A stretch of 56,291 nucleotides of DNA, counting the filler, from Sphacelaria rigidula (Eukaryota): NCBI GenBank assembly GCA_964200075.2. It is 7 parts of 7 records of this genome, joined end to end, with 100 filler letters (N's around TTAATTAATTAA, not from the genome) between each part and the next. Parts side by side here need not be neighbours in the genome. Positions count along the whole stretch, not along the records: positions 1 to 7,957 come from CAXNAA020012842.1; positions 8,058 to 16,013 come from CAXNAA020012843.1; 5 more parts are not named here. One strand, 5' to 3'. The notes beneath the pieces are model-generated. The model searched no databases. It saw only the letters and a list, made by a program, of their open reading frames with translations, and had not been told where the DNA came from. Below, piece after piece: positions 1 to 12,200 of this stretch (its first letter is position 1; each line of letters opens with the position of its first letter). The position numbers and the translations under genes are program-made.

Positions 1-45
1 AGGAAACGGGGGGGGGGGGAGAGAGGCCCCGGGGGCGCCCAGCCC

Positions 46-116
<71 letters not shown>

Positions 117-239
117 GCACAGTACCATGTTTTCACGCACTAGGTGGCAGCTGTACTAAGTTACCCCTCGGAGCGCTGGGCCCCGTTTCGGTACAATTTT
201 TCGGCTGACAGACTCTCATGACGTGCAACCATGTACTGC

Positions 240-500
240 GAAAAACATTTGAACGAGGTGCATTGCGGATCAAAGTCTGTCTGTGCTGTCTGAATTCAGC
301 ACATAAAAGGATGCAAAGAAGATTTGAACAGCGTGCAGCGCAGACAGTACGGACACTTCTGTACTGTGCTGTCTTCAAACAGAATGTGTACAACAGATTT
401 AAACAACGTGCGGTACCGACAATACGGTGTCTGCAATTACTGCATACAGAAGGATGTAGAACAGATTCGAGCAAGGTGTAGTACAGACGTATAGACACTG
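240..500. repeat. Degenerate tandem repeat, ~70-75 bp period
   Basis: Recurring core: CATTTGAACGAGGTGCA (~247), GATTTGAACAGCGTGCA (~321), GATTTAAACAACGTGCG (~397), GATTCGAGCAAGGTGTA (~464). Confidence 0.6.
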
Positions 501-1156
501 AAGTACTGCTTGTACCATCTGCATGCGGTAGGACGTAGATGTGGGCAACAGTTTGGATACAGTAATACGGTTGTCTGTGGGCAAAAGACTCTGAAACCGC
601 ACATCATACGGCGGTAAAACGGAGATGACAAGTGGTACTGACCGCACAACCGCTGGCCAGAGGTACTGCTTTCCTGTATTCACTAGGACGATGTGCTATG
701 CGACGAAGCGTGAACGGTGAACCACTGAGAATCGCCTTTGGAGAATACAGGGCAAGGCACCGCGCGGTCTCCGTCATTGCTCTCACCCAGTCGAAGTTGT
801 AGTGGGAACTGTCATGGGGGTGAATGAAGGCCTTACCGACCAAAAATTCGTTTCCCACAACAACAACAAAAAAGAATGCGGACGGATATTGAAGACGTAT
901 TGAAGGCGGCGGGTTCATAGGTACGGATTTATTTTCATAGTACAAACACTGATTTCAAGTAATTTTATTTCAATATTTGTCCTGTCCCTCTACGTTTCAT
1001 AGTACATTTCATAGTACAAACTTGATTTTAGTATGGGTTCCGTCACACATGGTTTTGCCGGTCTTCTGATGCCCGCAGCCGCAGTGCAGCACCGTGCGGA
1101 GGCAGGATGGTATCCAAGACGATTGCAGTCTCAAAAGCGGTGCTCTGTCTATCGGT

Positions 1157-1380
1157 TTACTGGGTAGTGTGCTCAACGTTCGCTATGAGTGTCGCCATGC
1201 CCGCGGTATGGTTGCAGTGGCCCGGGTTGGTGTTGCAGTCTCCGTTTGCGCTTCGGTTGCTGCTGCATCTGCACGGCCTTGGATACGGCGCACGATTCAA
1301 GATGACTCCATCGTCGTCGTTGTGTGGTGTTTCATGTTGCTCGGACGGAACATAAACCCAGAGAAAGGCTCGACACACAT
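1157..1380 (-). pseudogene. Possible SWIM zinc-finger remnant (accessory gene of an ISL2EU-like element?)
   Basis: DDDGVILNRAPYPRPCRC...GHCNHTAGMATLI resembles a CxC..CxH SWIM motif. In-frame stop follows. It lies divergently from the THAP/DDE relic at ~2200-4400. Confidence 0.25.
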
Positions 1381-2199
1381 CAATTCTGCTGGTTCCCTTT
1401 TGTAAGCTGTCGTGCCGTTGTTCCGGATGGCTCGCGTTGATCGATGCCGTACAGACATGCATGACAAAAAAGCACGGTGCCAAGTGGCTGCGGCCAGCGC
1501 TTGCGGATCTTCTTGCGATACAGATACAGTCGGTATGATACCGCGACAGAAAGTTGTTGCGGTACGACGCTGGAGACAACCAACCACTCTACACACAGGA
1601 CATCAGGCAGCCAACGCAATGATGTATTTCTCTTGTGTACACGATTCCGTGTGCTAGAATGCCGCTTCCTTTCGAAGGTGTACGCTTCGCTTGCTTTGAC
1701 TTGGTGACATCTTGGTGTGTATCGAAATATTATCGATGCTGACTGCATTTTGTTTTTTTCAGCTCTCCTCCTTCTGCTTTCCTGGGCTGTGGCAAGCCAG
1801 CGGAGGTAATTGAAGTTCAGAACAGGCCCGGGCAATAAATAACCGAACAATGCAATCTCGTTGACCTCTCTGTGGCAGATAGGGTTTGAGTAACGCACGT
1901 ATCCAGCGAAAGTCCCGACAAGAATAATGAAAAACATCATAAATATCGATGATTTCAGTTTCATTATTTCATAGCGACCCGTACTATGAACTCGGTGCCG
2001 TATTGAAGACGTCATGGACTGGTCGGGCCTGTGCCGAACCTCTGCCGAAAATGACACACGCTCCATCCCAAGTTACCTAGGTTTAGTATGCGACAGATGT
2101 AACTTTTTTCATCGCAATTATCTCGACACAGGAAGCACAGCGGCCTTTGGAACTTCACAGCCCCCCGCACACACACTAGACCTATTCAGCACCGCAAGC

Positions 2200-4400
2200 G
2201 AGTTTGCTCCATTCGCCACAGGGAATCCCAAAAGCCCCAGAACGTTGCAGGAAACGCGTTTTTCAGAACATTTTGTGTTTGGTGCAGCGGTTTGCCAAGT
2301 GCTGCAGGCCTCACGGCACTCGCACGGAAACCTGTCGCCACACTGAATCGGTCCGGTGTATGGGAAACGCACGCATCAAACTGCAGTCCAATTCTCTGCC
2401 TCGTTGCCGAGAAGATAGAGTTGAAAAATCGGTACTTGCGGCTTCAGGAACAGCAGGTTTATCGGGGTGAAAATGCGAAATTCTCAAAAGCTTGGTGTTT
2501 GGAAACTCAAGAAAAAAGCGGACTCCCGCGCAGCATGAACGAAGTACTGGGGGGAAACCGGTCAAGACTTATTCTGTGCCTTGACAGCCGCGCGCAAGGT
2601 CAAGGCGGCGCCTGAACGCGCGGAGAAGGCTGAAAAAGAACTCAAAGCCGCCACCGAAAGGCTCAACGCGGTCACCGAAAAGTTTGACACGTCTGTTTCA
2701 TGTCAGAGTGTTAGGTCCAACACATAAGCTAAGCCGGTGCGCCCAATTTTTATTGCGGTCCTTTGGTCCCTTCACAGTCGGACAGCAATGTTGGTTTCGT
2801 TAACCAACTGTGAATACTGATAATATTATGTGAACAATGCAACATGGGACAAGCTTCGTTTTGAAAGGTATGTGTATGTATCTTCCATCCTGCCATGTGG
2901 TGCTGATATCTTGTATGCGCTTGTGTACAAGGGGCATTTCATTCTCCCAACACGAAGTACCACGAACGATATAGTTTGCTCTGATCAAAATCGGCTGTGT
3001 TGTGTCTACGCTGTCGAGCGCACAAGCCAGGACCTCAAGCGCGGTATTTTCTGTGCTCGATGCACTGCCTTTGATAAACCGAAGACAGCCGTAACGTTTG
3101 CTGTCACTACTGCCTGTGTGCATTAATAACAAGATAACAGAAAGGAACTATGAGACTGGACAGGCGGGATATTTGTGCAATGTCTCTGTACTCCAACGAC
3201 AATCGGAGAAAATGTGCTGTAACTACTGATAACGAGCTACGTGCTGGCTTCCTCTGTGTTGCTGTGCAAAGCAACTTTGCGTTACAACAGCAAGTACTCG
3301 TCACCTCTCGAACTGCAGTGGGCGAGGTCACACATGAAAGTCGCCTTAGCGTACGTCGGGCGGATCAAGCGCAGGAGCCCACGTGTGAAGAGCGGCCTTG
3401 ACCATCGTCTATGTACCGCACTTCACGGACTAATAGCAGCAGCCATGATGTTTGTTGCCACTGCCGCCTGTGTACACTAACAACAATATGTAAACATTCC
3501 GGTTGGCAAGTTGCAGTGTCGATCGAATGCTTGGTTCGGGACTAGATACTACAAAGCAAGAATGAGCAAGGACATTTGCGCCAACATGCGCATTCCAGCA
3601 CTTATTCCGTGCCGATGTCATGTGAAATGGATATGTGGGTGCCTTGATTACTCAACGCTCCTTCTGCGCTGCCGTGGTCAGCATGACACAAAAGTCAACG
3701 TGACGGTTCAACGCTGATAGCTCCGAACGTCTTGTGTCTTGTGTCGTAGAGGTGAAGTTTCCTTTTGACGGTTTGCGTTCAGGAGTGGAGAACACAAAAA
3801 TGATTTCTTCCACTCGTGCCACGACCCTGAGCCAATGGGACCCACGAAGTAATTGCTCTCCAAACCCGCTATCACCGAAAGGTGCGGGGTATGCAATGAG
3901 CAGCCCAGCCGCACAGCGTGAATCGCTTTTTCTTCGCCAACGTCGTCTACATCATTCTCACTTGTTCCACGATACTCGACACTTGTGCTATATGTCTGAA
4001 TATTCTCTGCTGCTCCATTTTTGTGGTATGTGAGTCAAAGGGTCAAGTGGGGTTGGTGTTGTGGGTGACGCCCGCAACTGCCGCCACTTTTCGTGTTCTT
4101 GACTGCCGATGTTGAGAAGGACGGTGAATGTGGGGTGGAACGTAGTGGGCGTGTGCTCCCCGAGTGCAACAGCTAAAGGATACAAGCACACAACGATATA
4201 TCAGTGCAGTCGCCGGAGCAACTACATTTCTGCGACGCCGACCACTCGCAAACTTGGAAATATGTACTGAACTTAGACTGCAATTCAAAACTATTAGTTT
4301 TCGGTCATATTCGCCGCTGTTGCCGTGTTGCCTCAGTCAAATCGCAAGTATCTGGTTCATCCGGGTACATCGTGGTTTTAGTATTCTTCAACTCAGTTAC
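2200..4400 (+). mobile_element. Highly decayed, intron-split THAP + DDE transposase relic (ISL2EU/PIF-Harbinger-like)
   Basis: Collinear fragments: IPKAPERCRK (THAP FPKDPERRK-like, ~2225), coiled coil ERAEKAEKELKAATERL (~2615), RYYKARMSKDICANM...KWI (HTH-like, ~3540) and RRPLANLEICTE (IANLRIHVE-like, ~4240). Many stops and frameshifts. Confidence 0.3.
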
Positions 4401-7041
4401 TTACCCACGTTAACACTCCCTTCCGCAGGAATTAAAAGTCCCAAACCCCCACCCGCGTAATATGGAGTTTTGAACATGGACGCAGTTTCCGCGCACGGTT
4501 TTCGCGGTCGATCGAGGAGCGATTCGAGGTTTCCGACGCTCTAAGGTTTAATGATACCTGGGCGCTTTCTGGGCGGAGAAATCCGTGGTTGGCTTGGAGT
4601 GGAGGAGATGTCCGCATTTTGCCCCCAAATATATATACCATGGCCTGGGTGTGCTGCCCGGGCTGTGATAAATCTACACTTGGCTTTGAGATAACTGTGA
4701 CAAATCCGCATGTGACTCGGATATGACGACAAAAAAACGATTTTCCCCGAAAATGGTTTGCGGGGGTATGGCTCCTGGGACAATTTTTTCAATGTCGCTT
4801 GCTAGTACGGGTGATACGTTACTACTTATCCGACACATCCCCCAAAATGCCGTTATCAGACCTGTACACCCGTGAATATTCAGGGAAACGCGCACACCTA
4901 CGCTGCACTGTATCAAAAGATGCCCATGGCGTCATCATTGGGTACAAGAGTATATTATTTTCGTTGACATTCAGCGTTTTTTTTTTAAGGAACTGTGTTT
5001 TCTGGAGCTGGATACTGGCAGCAGCAGGAATCTGATCTAAAATCTGCCCCCGACACACAACGTAGGTTACGCCTGGGGACCACCCATCAAGCCACTTTAT
5101 AAAACGATGGAGCAAACAACTTGTTTTCAACAATTTTGTTGGAAAGTCTGGAATGTGACGGAAACGCGATCCAACGCCAAAAGCTTGGAGCGTATACTTC
5201 TGGCCAACAAGTCATCTTACCAACAACTGTGCAGCCCAACTCTGCCGACCCACCAAGCGTCATTTGCGACCTAGTTACCCAGACAGCACGCTCTTTCTCA
5301 TCCAACTGGCGCTACCACCCGTGAACGGCTTGTTCATGAAGTTGTTGCTCCTAGCAGTGGGTCCCAGAGTGTGTTCTCAAGGACCACTTGGTTGCGCCAC
5401 AGGCACGGGGGGTAGTATTGCATTTCGAACCTCTATTTTCCAGCTAAGGCGTGGAGATAAAAAATGAGAGAGGGTACGTCATGATCCTGAACTCCACAGC
5501 TACACAACGACACCGCACAATTGCACCATCACGGAACTTTTTATGTTGAGCATTCGGGCTCAGCGCCATAGATAATTGACGAAAAATCATGGATCATACG
5601 GCTACGGTGTACCGGCACATTCGCCATGTCACGGCATATGGCACGGCCCTGCTAAGGGTCATACACAGATATGACATGTCGCACTATGAAGCAGAAGACT
5701 CGACTGACGATATGAAGGCATGACTACATATTGGGCACGCTTCCCCCCGATGCGTGCTGCTATCAGAGGAAGCCGACCGCATCACCCCTTGGTCACATTT
5801 TCTGTGTGGGCGTGGCGTGTGCTTTCAGGTTCTGTTGTGCCCTTTCTCCGTACTCGTGCTGCGTGGTCGGTATGCTCTACTTTCATATCTTGTTTTTGAA
5901 GTTTTGAAATTATGAGGCGTCTGATCCAGGGGCAGGGGGGAAGGGTTCCGAAAGAGTTGGGGGCGAACAGCAGCTCTTCCTGCGACAATCTGGCTCTGCT
6001 GTTCTTGTATCTTTCCAATTGTCATATTTTTATATGGACAGAAAAATGAATATGGCAAGGTTGTGTACTGTAGCGTATACCCGAAAGCGGGTCATTCTCG
6101 GTTGGCACTAAGTCATGCCGGAATGTGTACCGAACGTTCCGGCCTGGTCGGGTAGGGTATCAAGCCCTATTCCGAACAATTCGGCATGATTCGGGAAGGG
6201 AGTTCTCCAATAAAACACCACTCTTATACGTCTGTAAGCTTCTGAATATGAGCAGGTATACCTCACAGCACACAGCCTTGGAGTACAGTATGGTATTTGC
6301 AATACAGAGCACAGGGCCGCCGAACAATACTGGCGTGTGCGCACCGTCACGAATTTATTCGGCAGCGCAGTTCAGTATAGTACAGTGCCATGGCTTGCGT
6401 TTACCGTAGGTGAACGTTGGTTGTTCACAGCGGCTTTGGTGGCCGATTTCATGCTCTGTTTCGATTGCGCGATGACCAGAACCAAGAATACCCGAAATGC
6501 TCAGGCGCGAAAGAGGAGGAATACACTTGCGTGTACGTTACGCCTCTTACTACTCTTGTTGTCATGTGCAAAAACCACACCTCAAGTGTACTGTTGGCAA
6601 AACAACTTGATATTGAAGACAATGAAAACACCCATTCCAACAATTCTCACGTGACAATATATCGAAGCCTTCACCACAAACTGATGTACACCAGTCGAAA
6701 TTCAAGACGTAAATACACAGCCGATTGGATGATGACGATGCTCGAAAGTTGAAACCTGAAATCCTTTACGAACCATGCCTTATTTTTTTGTGATGCATTT
6801 CCGGGTAAGCTTGATATAGATAGTGACGTCAGGCAAGGTTAGTCGTTGTGCTCCTCTATCGCTCCTAGTAGGACAGTGTACCCACGTGACGTTGCTCTTC
6901 GATGTGCTGAGACGGTACACACCCCAGCCTGGAGAACCATCGCACGTCAAGGCCGTTGTGGTATCCTACTTATGATCGCCTATTTTTTTTTCAGATATCC
7001 TTGTTCTCCCCTGCTCAACTTTGCTCCCCAATAATTCACAG

Positions 7042-7286
7042 GACCTCAACACCCTTATCGATGCAGCGGAAGTATTGGAAGTAGCAGCCGCTGCAGCCTC
7101 TTCAACAGGCGCCAGTCTCAGCAGCAGCACTAAGGACCCCGCGCTCGACCCCCTCTACCGCCTGACATTTTTTCACCGAAGCCCTTCTAAGCTAGAGCAG
7201 CAGCAGCCCGAGCAGTCGCTGGCTAAACTCCAAGTGGAGCTACGCTTCCCTCCTGTACTGTCTGTGGACCCCGCCTCCTCACTCAG
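7042..7286 (+). CDS. Orphan internal exon of an unidentified protein (weak resemblance to the TCAIM/DUF4460 N-terminal region)
   Basis: Pyrimidine-rich acceptor ...TCACAG|, donor |GTAGGC, open frame DLNTLIDAAEVLE...YRLTFFHR...VELRFPP. No neighbouring exons were identified. Confidence 0.45.
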
Positions 7287-7560
7287 GTAGGCATACTCTG
7301 CAGCGTACTCAAGCGTGAGGATACGTCGATGATGCTGCCAGGATCCATAAACATGACAGTTGTACAAGGGGTTTGGCGGCTTCCGCCGCAACGCTCAATG
7401 AGATCGATAGCCAAGGTACATGAGGACCGGTCATCGTTGCTCGCATTAGGCGACGGAACGGATCACAGCTTCAAGTGCAGTATATTGCGCTGTATGCATA
7501 ATATGGAGACCCGTGTCCCGCGGGCAGGGTAAGGAGAAGAGGCTTAATGATGTTTTGTTT

Positions 7561-7655
7561 TGACCGCGAGATTAGTCCTTCTAGATCATGCATACTTTTT
7601 TCACTTGAAATTGATGCCGATTCAACAGAAGACTAACCTCGCGGTCTAGGGGTTA
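7561..7655. mobile_element. ~100-bp piggyBac-like MITE (second copy at ~48110-48211)
   Basis: Near-identical to 48117-48211. Inverted ends GACCGCGAGATTAGTC / GACTAACCTCGCGGTC, and the right end terminates in GGGG-TTAA. Confidence 0.65.
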
Positions 7656-7898
7656 AGTAAGGGGAGATGCTCGGTTCTCAGAGCTCCTGGGAACGTTCTG
7701 AGATTCCGACCAAAAAAAGCGGAGCGATTGGGAGGCCTGTGTGCGGTGGAAAAACGGCGGAACGGTTATGGATATGAAATGGATGAAAATACTAAGCAAA
7801 AGAAATCTTCTGAAGCGAAATGTCTAGCGGAATGGAAGCGGAAATATTGTGATACTGTGATATCAGGTAATGCTTGTAAGAGGTTGAGAGAACCGGGC

Positions 7899-7957
7899 AG
7901 AGACGCTGGGAAAGTCCACGAGAGACGCTGGGAAAGTCCACGAGAGACGCTGGGAAA
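7899..7957. repeat. 22-bp minisatellite (GAGACGCTGGGAAAGTCCACGA)n at contig end
   Basis: About 2.7 perfect tandem copies, truncated by the contig break. Confidence 0.85.
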
Positions 7958-8057
7958 NNNNNNNNNNNNNNNNNNNNNNNNNNNNNNNNNNNNNNNNNNN
8001 NTTAATTAATTAANNNNNNNNNNNNNNNNNNNNNNNNNNNNNNNNNNNNNNNNNNNN
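7958..8057. other. Artificial contig spacer N44-TTAATTAATTAA-N44 (also at 16014-16113, 24070-24169, 32126-32225, 40182-40281, 48237-48336)
   Basis: The same 100-nt spacer occurs six times. TTAATTAATTAA puts stop codons in all six frames. Flanked segments are 7957, 7956, 7956, 7956, 7956, 7955 and 7955 nt, i.e. size-sorted contigs. Confidence 0.98.
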
Positions 8058-8127
8058 TCGAAAGGGATGCGTGGTCAATGGTCAAATGACTAAGGCAAGC
8101 AACAAATGAGTACGCCCCCCCCCCCCT
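8058..8127 (-). repeat. Dispersed repeat end (copies at ~40790-40886 + and ~56197-56291 +)
   Basis: Reverse complement G-run-CGTACTCATTTGTTGCTTGCCTTAGTCATTTGACCATT matches 56212-56250 and, more loosely, 40800-40840. Confidence 0.8.
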
Positions 8128-8559
8128 GATACGTAAAAGTTGATGAAAATACGAACTGAAATAAATGAATGAATAACCAATATGATCAATGTTTCCTGTG
8201 GTCTCAGACGGTGACTAAACAGCTAATGGATTGTCTGGGGATGGATGGTTGTATTTTATTTTTTGGACAAGGGAAAGACATTGTACAAAAAAGTTAAAAG
8301 AAGGAATAAAATGAAATTAAAATAGATGAGGAATGACTGGAAATATACAACAAAAGGTATCTCATATTTTGGACCACAAAAAAGGTGAAGCATTTTCGGT
8401 TTGAGGCGCGGCGCTGCACGCCAGCTGAACGCCCCAAAAGCACTTTCTAGCGGTTAAGCCCCACGCGCAAGAGGTCTGGGCAGCATGGCCGGCCATTCTT
8501 TTATTTCTTCGCACGTTGTAGTTGTATTAGGCTCCACGACGCCGCAGAAAAGGAGGACC

Positions 8560-10300
8560 TGCTTTAATCAAGTCCCCTTTTTTGTAAAAACACCAGGAGG
8601 GTACACCCTAGGTACTCTGTGCTAAAAGTGCATATCTCGCCCTATTTTGTCTACGTGTGTACCACGTAGACCTTAGACAGCAAGCGCCGCCTCGGAACAG
8701 TTTCACAGGCTGACAGCCCGGAGACATTCGGGGGGTTTCCAGTGGCCCGGGGGGGTAATTTTTGACGGGAGGGGGGTGTCTGTTCGCAGAGCAGCCGAAA
8801 AGCTCACCAAGTCAACCATGTGTCTGTGGAACTTTCTCGCGGAAGATTTTAAGCCAGGAGCGAGGCCCGAAAGGCGCGGAATGACCATTTTGACAAAGCA
8901 CGGTCGCCAAAATGAGCACGCAGTTCCCCTACAGGTGGACCACTTCGCTGTCTACTGGCATATTTTATTTCGGTTATGGCAATTCAACCATAGATTACAT
9001 GGGGTACGAATAACAATAACTTGTTTTGTACTCTGCTCCACGTCTGTGCCGCCTGTCTGACGCCTCATGTGTTGCCAGCATAGCTTCACACTCTCTGTAG
9101 TGTTGCTGTTGAGCATCAAGCAGAGGCATCAGCAGCATGCGGTGAATTGTGTCCAGTCGAGAGCGATGACGCTCTTATACTGTCTCTTGCCGCTGTTCCC
9201 AGCGAAGAGATACAGCACACATACACACGGACTCTGCGCGCAATTGACTGCAGGGTCAAAAGTGGTCGGGGGTTCTCCGGGACTGTTTTATATTAAGATG
9301 CCAAATATCCACATGTTCATGAAAAAAGACGTTTTGTGAAGCGAGAAGAGAGCTGTTCTGAACTCTTAATGTGGCATATCCCAACCCAGTCCACCTGCGG
9401 GGGGGTCGCTGTCCAAGGGTTAACCCTTTCGGAACCGGAGTGGACAAACCGGGGGTGAGGGCCCGTTGTGAATCGGCAGCATTTTCACACATGAAAACGA
9501 GTGAAAATGATGCCGAATCACCAATGGACCCTGCTTGCAGACCAGATCTTGACCCCTGGTTAGCGGAAATCCGGCCCCCTAAGCGTTGATGGCCAAGTAC
9601 ATACCTTTTTCTGTCACCCTTCCTTGTGAAGTGGTGCTTACCGCCGGCTCAGTAGAAGATGCGCCGAACAGTCTCAACCATACCAGAAGGTCTCCAGACC
9701 CTCATCTTGCTGAACTGCCTGTAAACATGTAAGCGTTTTCGGCTGCAGCGCTTTCTCATACAAGTCTGATCGAGTTCAAAAAGTGATGACATTTTCTCGA
9801 ACGACCATCCGTAAAGTGAGCGGCCTTGGTTGAAAACTTCTTTTCGTTCAAACATTTTTTTCTGAGCACAACGCCCACAAGAAATGATGCTCGAGGAATC
9901 TCTCCGAAAAACACGATTTTTTCTCATGCAGTGGCGTGCAAGATTTTGATGGTTTTTTCGCGTTCATTTCAACTCGCGCACAACAATATATCTCTCCCCT
10001 TCTTGAAAACATGTGGTCGTGATTTATGATTTGCTAAATGTGAATGCACACAAGTGAGCTCACTGCCTTCACCGCCTCCCCCCGTTTCCAAGGAGTTGTG
10101 AAATCATTTGTCAACAGTCCCTGATAATTCGAAAAATATTTCCTCGCTTATCCTCAGTAAAATTCAAAGCCGAACGTCTGTCGAAATAGACATGTTTCAA
10201 AATGTTTCATGACTGGGCTGCTTGTCTTTGCATTGACATCATTCACCACACACCCTGTCCACAAAAATACTAAGCGTTGACGTCCTGTCTGTCGGTTGCC
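8560..10300 (-). mobile_element. Degenerate ISL2EU/PIF-Harbinger-type DDE transposase pseudogene split by introns
   Basis: Collinear motifs: YGWSFEKMSSLFELDQT (HTH_Tnp_4-like, ~9780-9815), FSKMRVWRP..VETVRR, NSSLLASQNVFF (~9325-9355), LSGLAPGLKSSARKF (LADKGF-like region, ~8840-8875) and LAV*GLRGTHVDKIGR (IANLRIHVERAIGR-like, ~8640-8685). Confidence 0.5.
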
Positions 10301-10659
10301 TGAGCGCCCTTCTTGTTATGGGGTTTCAAAGGTGCGCATGCGCATGCGCTTTCGTAATGTCATCTTGTCTTCCAGAGATATTTGTCCAGACCGCCTTTCA
10401 CGGGATTTTCAGATTTGCGCACTAGTGGCAGCAGTGAATATTTCCAGGGAGGTCAGTTGTAGTTGCTCATGGCCTATCTTTTCTTCTTCTCTCCACCAAG
10501 TCTCCCACAGTTGGAGATACGGCCTCCTTTGAAAAATAATCCGCTTCTCGAACAAGGTGTCCAGGGTGCCGTAAAATGCCCCATAAGACACGGTGTTTGA
10601 AATCCTTCACCCTATTTCAACTGAAAAATACTTCGTGCTCATCATTGTGCATGCTGCAG

Positions 10660-10830
10660 GGACTATATCCGGACTCGCTCGTGAAGGCTTCTGTCGCGTG
10701 GAAGAAGCCGGTGCGCGTGGGACCCGGACTCCGCAACGAGGAGAACACATGTTTCCTCAATGCCACTCTACAGGTGCTGAGCTACCTGCCCCCCCTTGCT
10801 CAACACCTGCTCGAGACGAAATACTCTCCG
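10660..10830 (+). CDS. Ubiquitin-specific protease (C19, USP36/42/17-like) Cys-box exon, copy 1
   Basis: TGCAG| acceptor and |GTGAGG donor. Translates as WKKPVRVGPGLRNEENTCFLNATLQVLSYLPPLAQHLL. Downstream USP exons were not found in the contig. Confidence 0.75.
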
Positions 10831-11989
10831 GTGAGGAAGTCAGGAAGAATCACTTTAGTCTTGTTGATGTTTCTTGGGCGAAACATTCATTGCTTGTGAC
10901 CCGTCAAAGCGCAGGTAGCGGTGCAGCTGACCAGCTTCTCCATTCAATTTGCAAGCACCACATGTAGAGACAACAACCGCGGTCCTCAGCTTCGGACACA
11001 TGTGCAGTTTTGGGCAACAGCAGCAGCTGTTTTTCGTTTTTTTTTGTCAGTGGTGGATTTAGGTTACTCCTGTGGCATGTGACGCGTAAGGGGTTGAAAC
11101 GTCCTCCTTATGCTTACAGTAGTAGTGGGCGGTCTGACTATTCATTTTGTTGCATTTTGTGATTTTTTCGTATTAGGCGATTTTCTCGGGCTCTCTTTGC
11201 TTGCCACCGCTCATCACATAGGGGATCTGAAAATATTTGTATCCCGGCCACATTCCAAGAAAAAAAAAAGTATATACTCAATATTGAGTGACTTACGGGC
11301 TGACCAGTCATCGGGGGTCCTGCCACGTTTCAGCCCAGACTCTCACTCTCCGGTATTTTCGGTCGATCGAGCATGTCCCGATCATATTTGTGAAGAAACG
11401 TACAGTTTTATTTTTTTGAAATTCTACCTACTCATCGCACTAGAGCCGAAACTCAGTGTTTCACGGTCAATAAGACCCTCCTGATAAACGAGGAACAAAA
11501 ATCACTCGTGATTTCAAAACGAGCAGCACACAAGCAAGCAAAATAACGAGAAGAACGCATGGAATGCCAGAGGGGGTCGTTGTCAGGATACGGTATGCTG
11601 GAGGTATTTACTGGTATCGCCCGATAACACCAACTGACGCTGACTTGCGTACTGTGTTTCGAGAATGATCTGTTGATTGTACTAAAATCTACCGACGCTA
11701 GCAATTTCGAATTTTATCGAAAAGTAGTACGCGAGGGAAATCCTAAAACATCCCTGAATATTTAGACCGCTCACCACTGGACATAAAAACAGAGAAGATG
11801 GACAAACGTGGATGCTCCATGGAGAGGTTGGGAGTTGAAGACCCCTGGTTTGTCGACCGCAAAAACACAGTGCTGTGCAGTGCCTGTGTTCGACTTATCA
11901 CAATGGGGGTCTTTGTCCTCCTTGACGATGATGGATGAAACCACATGATCGACCATGGTGATCAGCTCACGACAGGAGACCAATTCCTT

Positions 11990-12200
11990 CAGTTTCGCGC
12001 ACCAGCGGCAGCAGGGAATATTTCCAGGGAGGTCAGTTGTAGTTGCCCATGGCCTATATTTTCTTCTTCTCTTCATCAAGTCTTCCACAGTTGGAGATAT
12101 AACCTTCTTGAAAAAATAATCCATTTCTCGAACAAGGTGTCTGGGATTCAGTAAAATGTTCCACAAGGCACGATGTTGGAAACTCTCATCCTTCACCCTA
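11990..12200 (+). repeat. Diverged duplicate of 10410-10614 (small exon and intron upstream of the USP exon)
   Basis: GAATATTTCCAGGGAGGTCAGTTGTAGTTGC...CCTTCACCCTA is shared with copy 1. The duplicate resumes at 13386 after the TIR insertion. Confidence 0.85.

Noticed and set aside
1..113. Long poly-G tract as a G-quadruplex element
   Set aside because: It lies at a contig end and is probably a sequencing or low-quality artefact, as with the G/C runs beside internal Ns at ~42600 and ~49230.
240..500. ~70-75-bp periodic motif as a possible CRISPR-like array
   Set aside because: The repeats are highly degenerate, the intervening segments are also mutually similar, and the spacing is irregular.
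8002..8013. TTAATTAATTAA as a biological palindrome or piggyBac site
   Set aside because: It is an assembly linker embedded in Ns.
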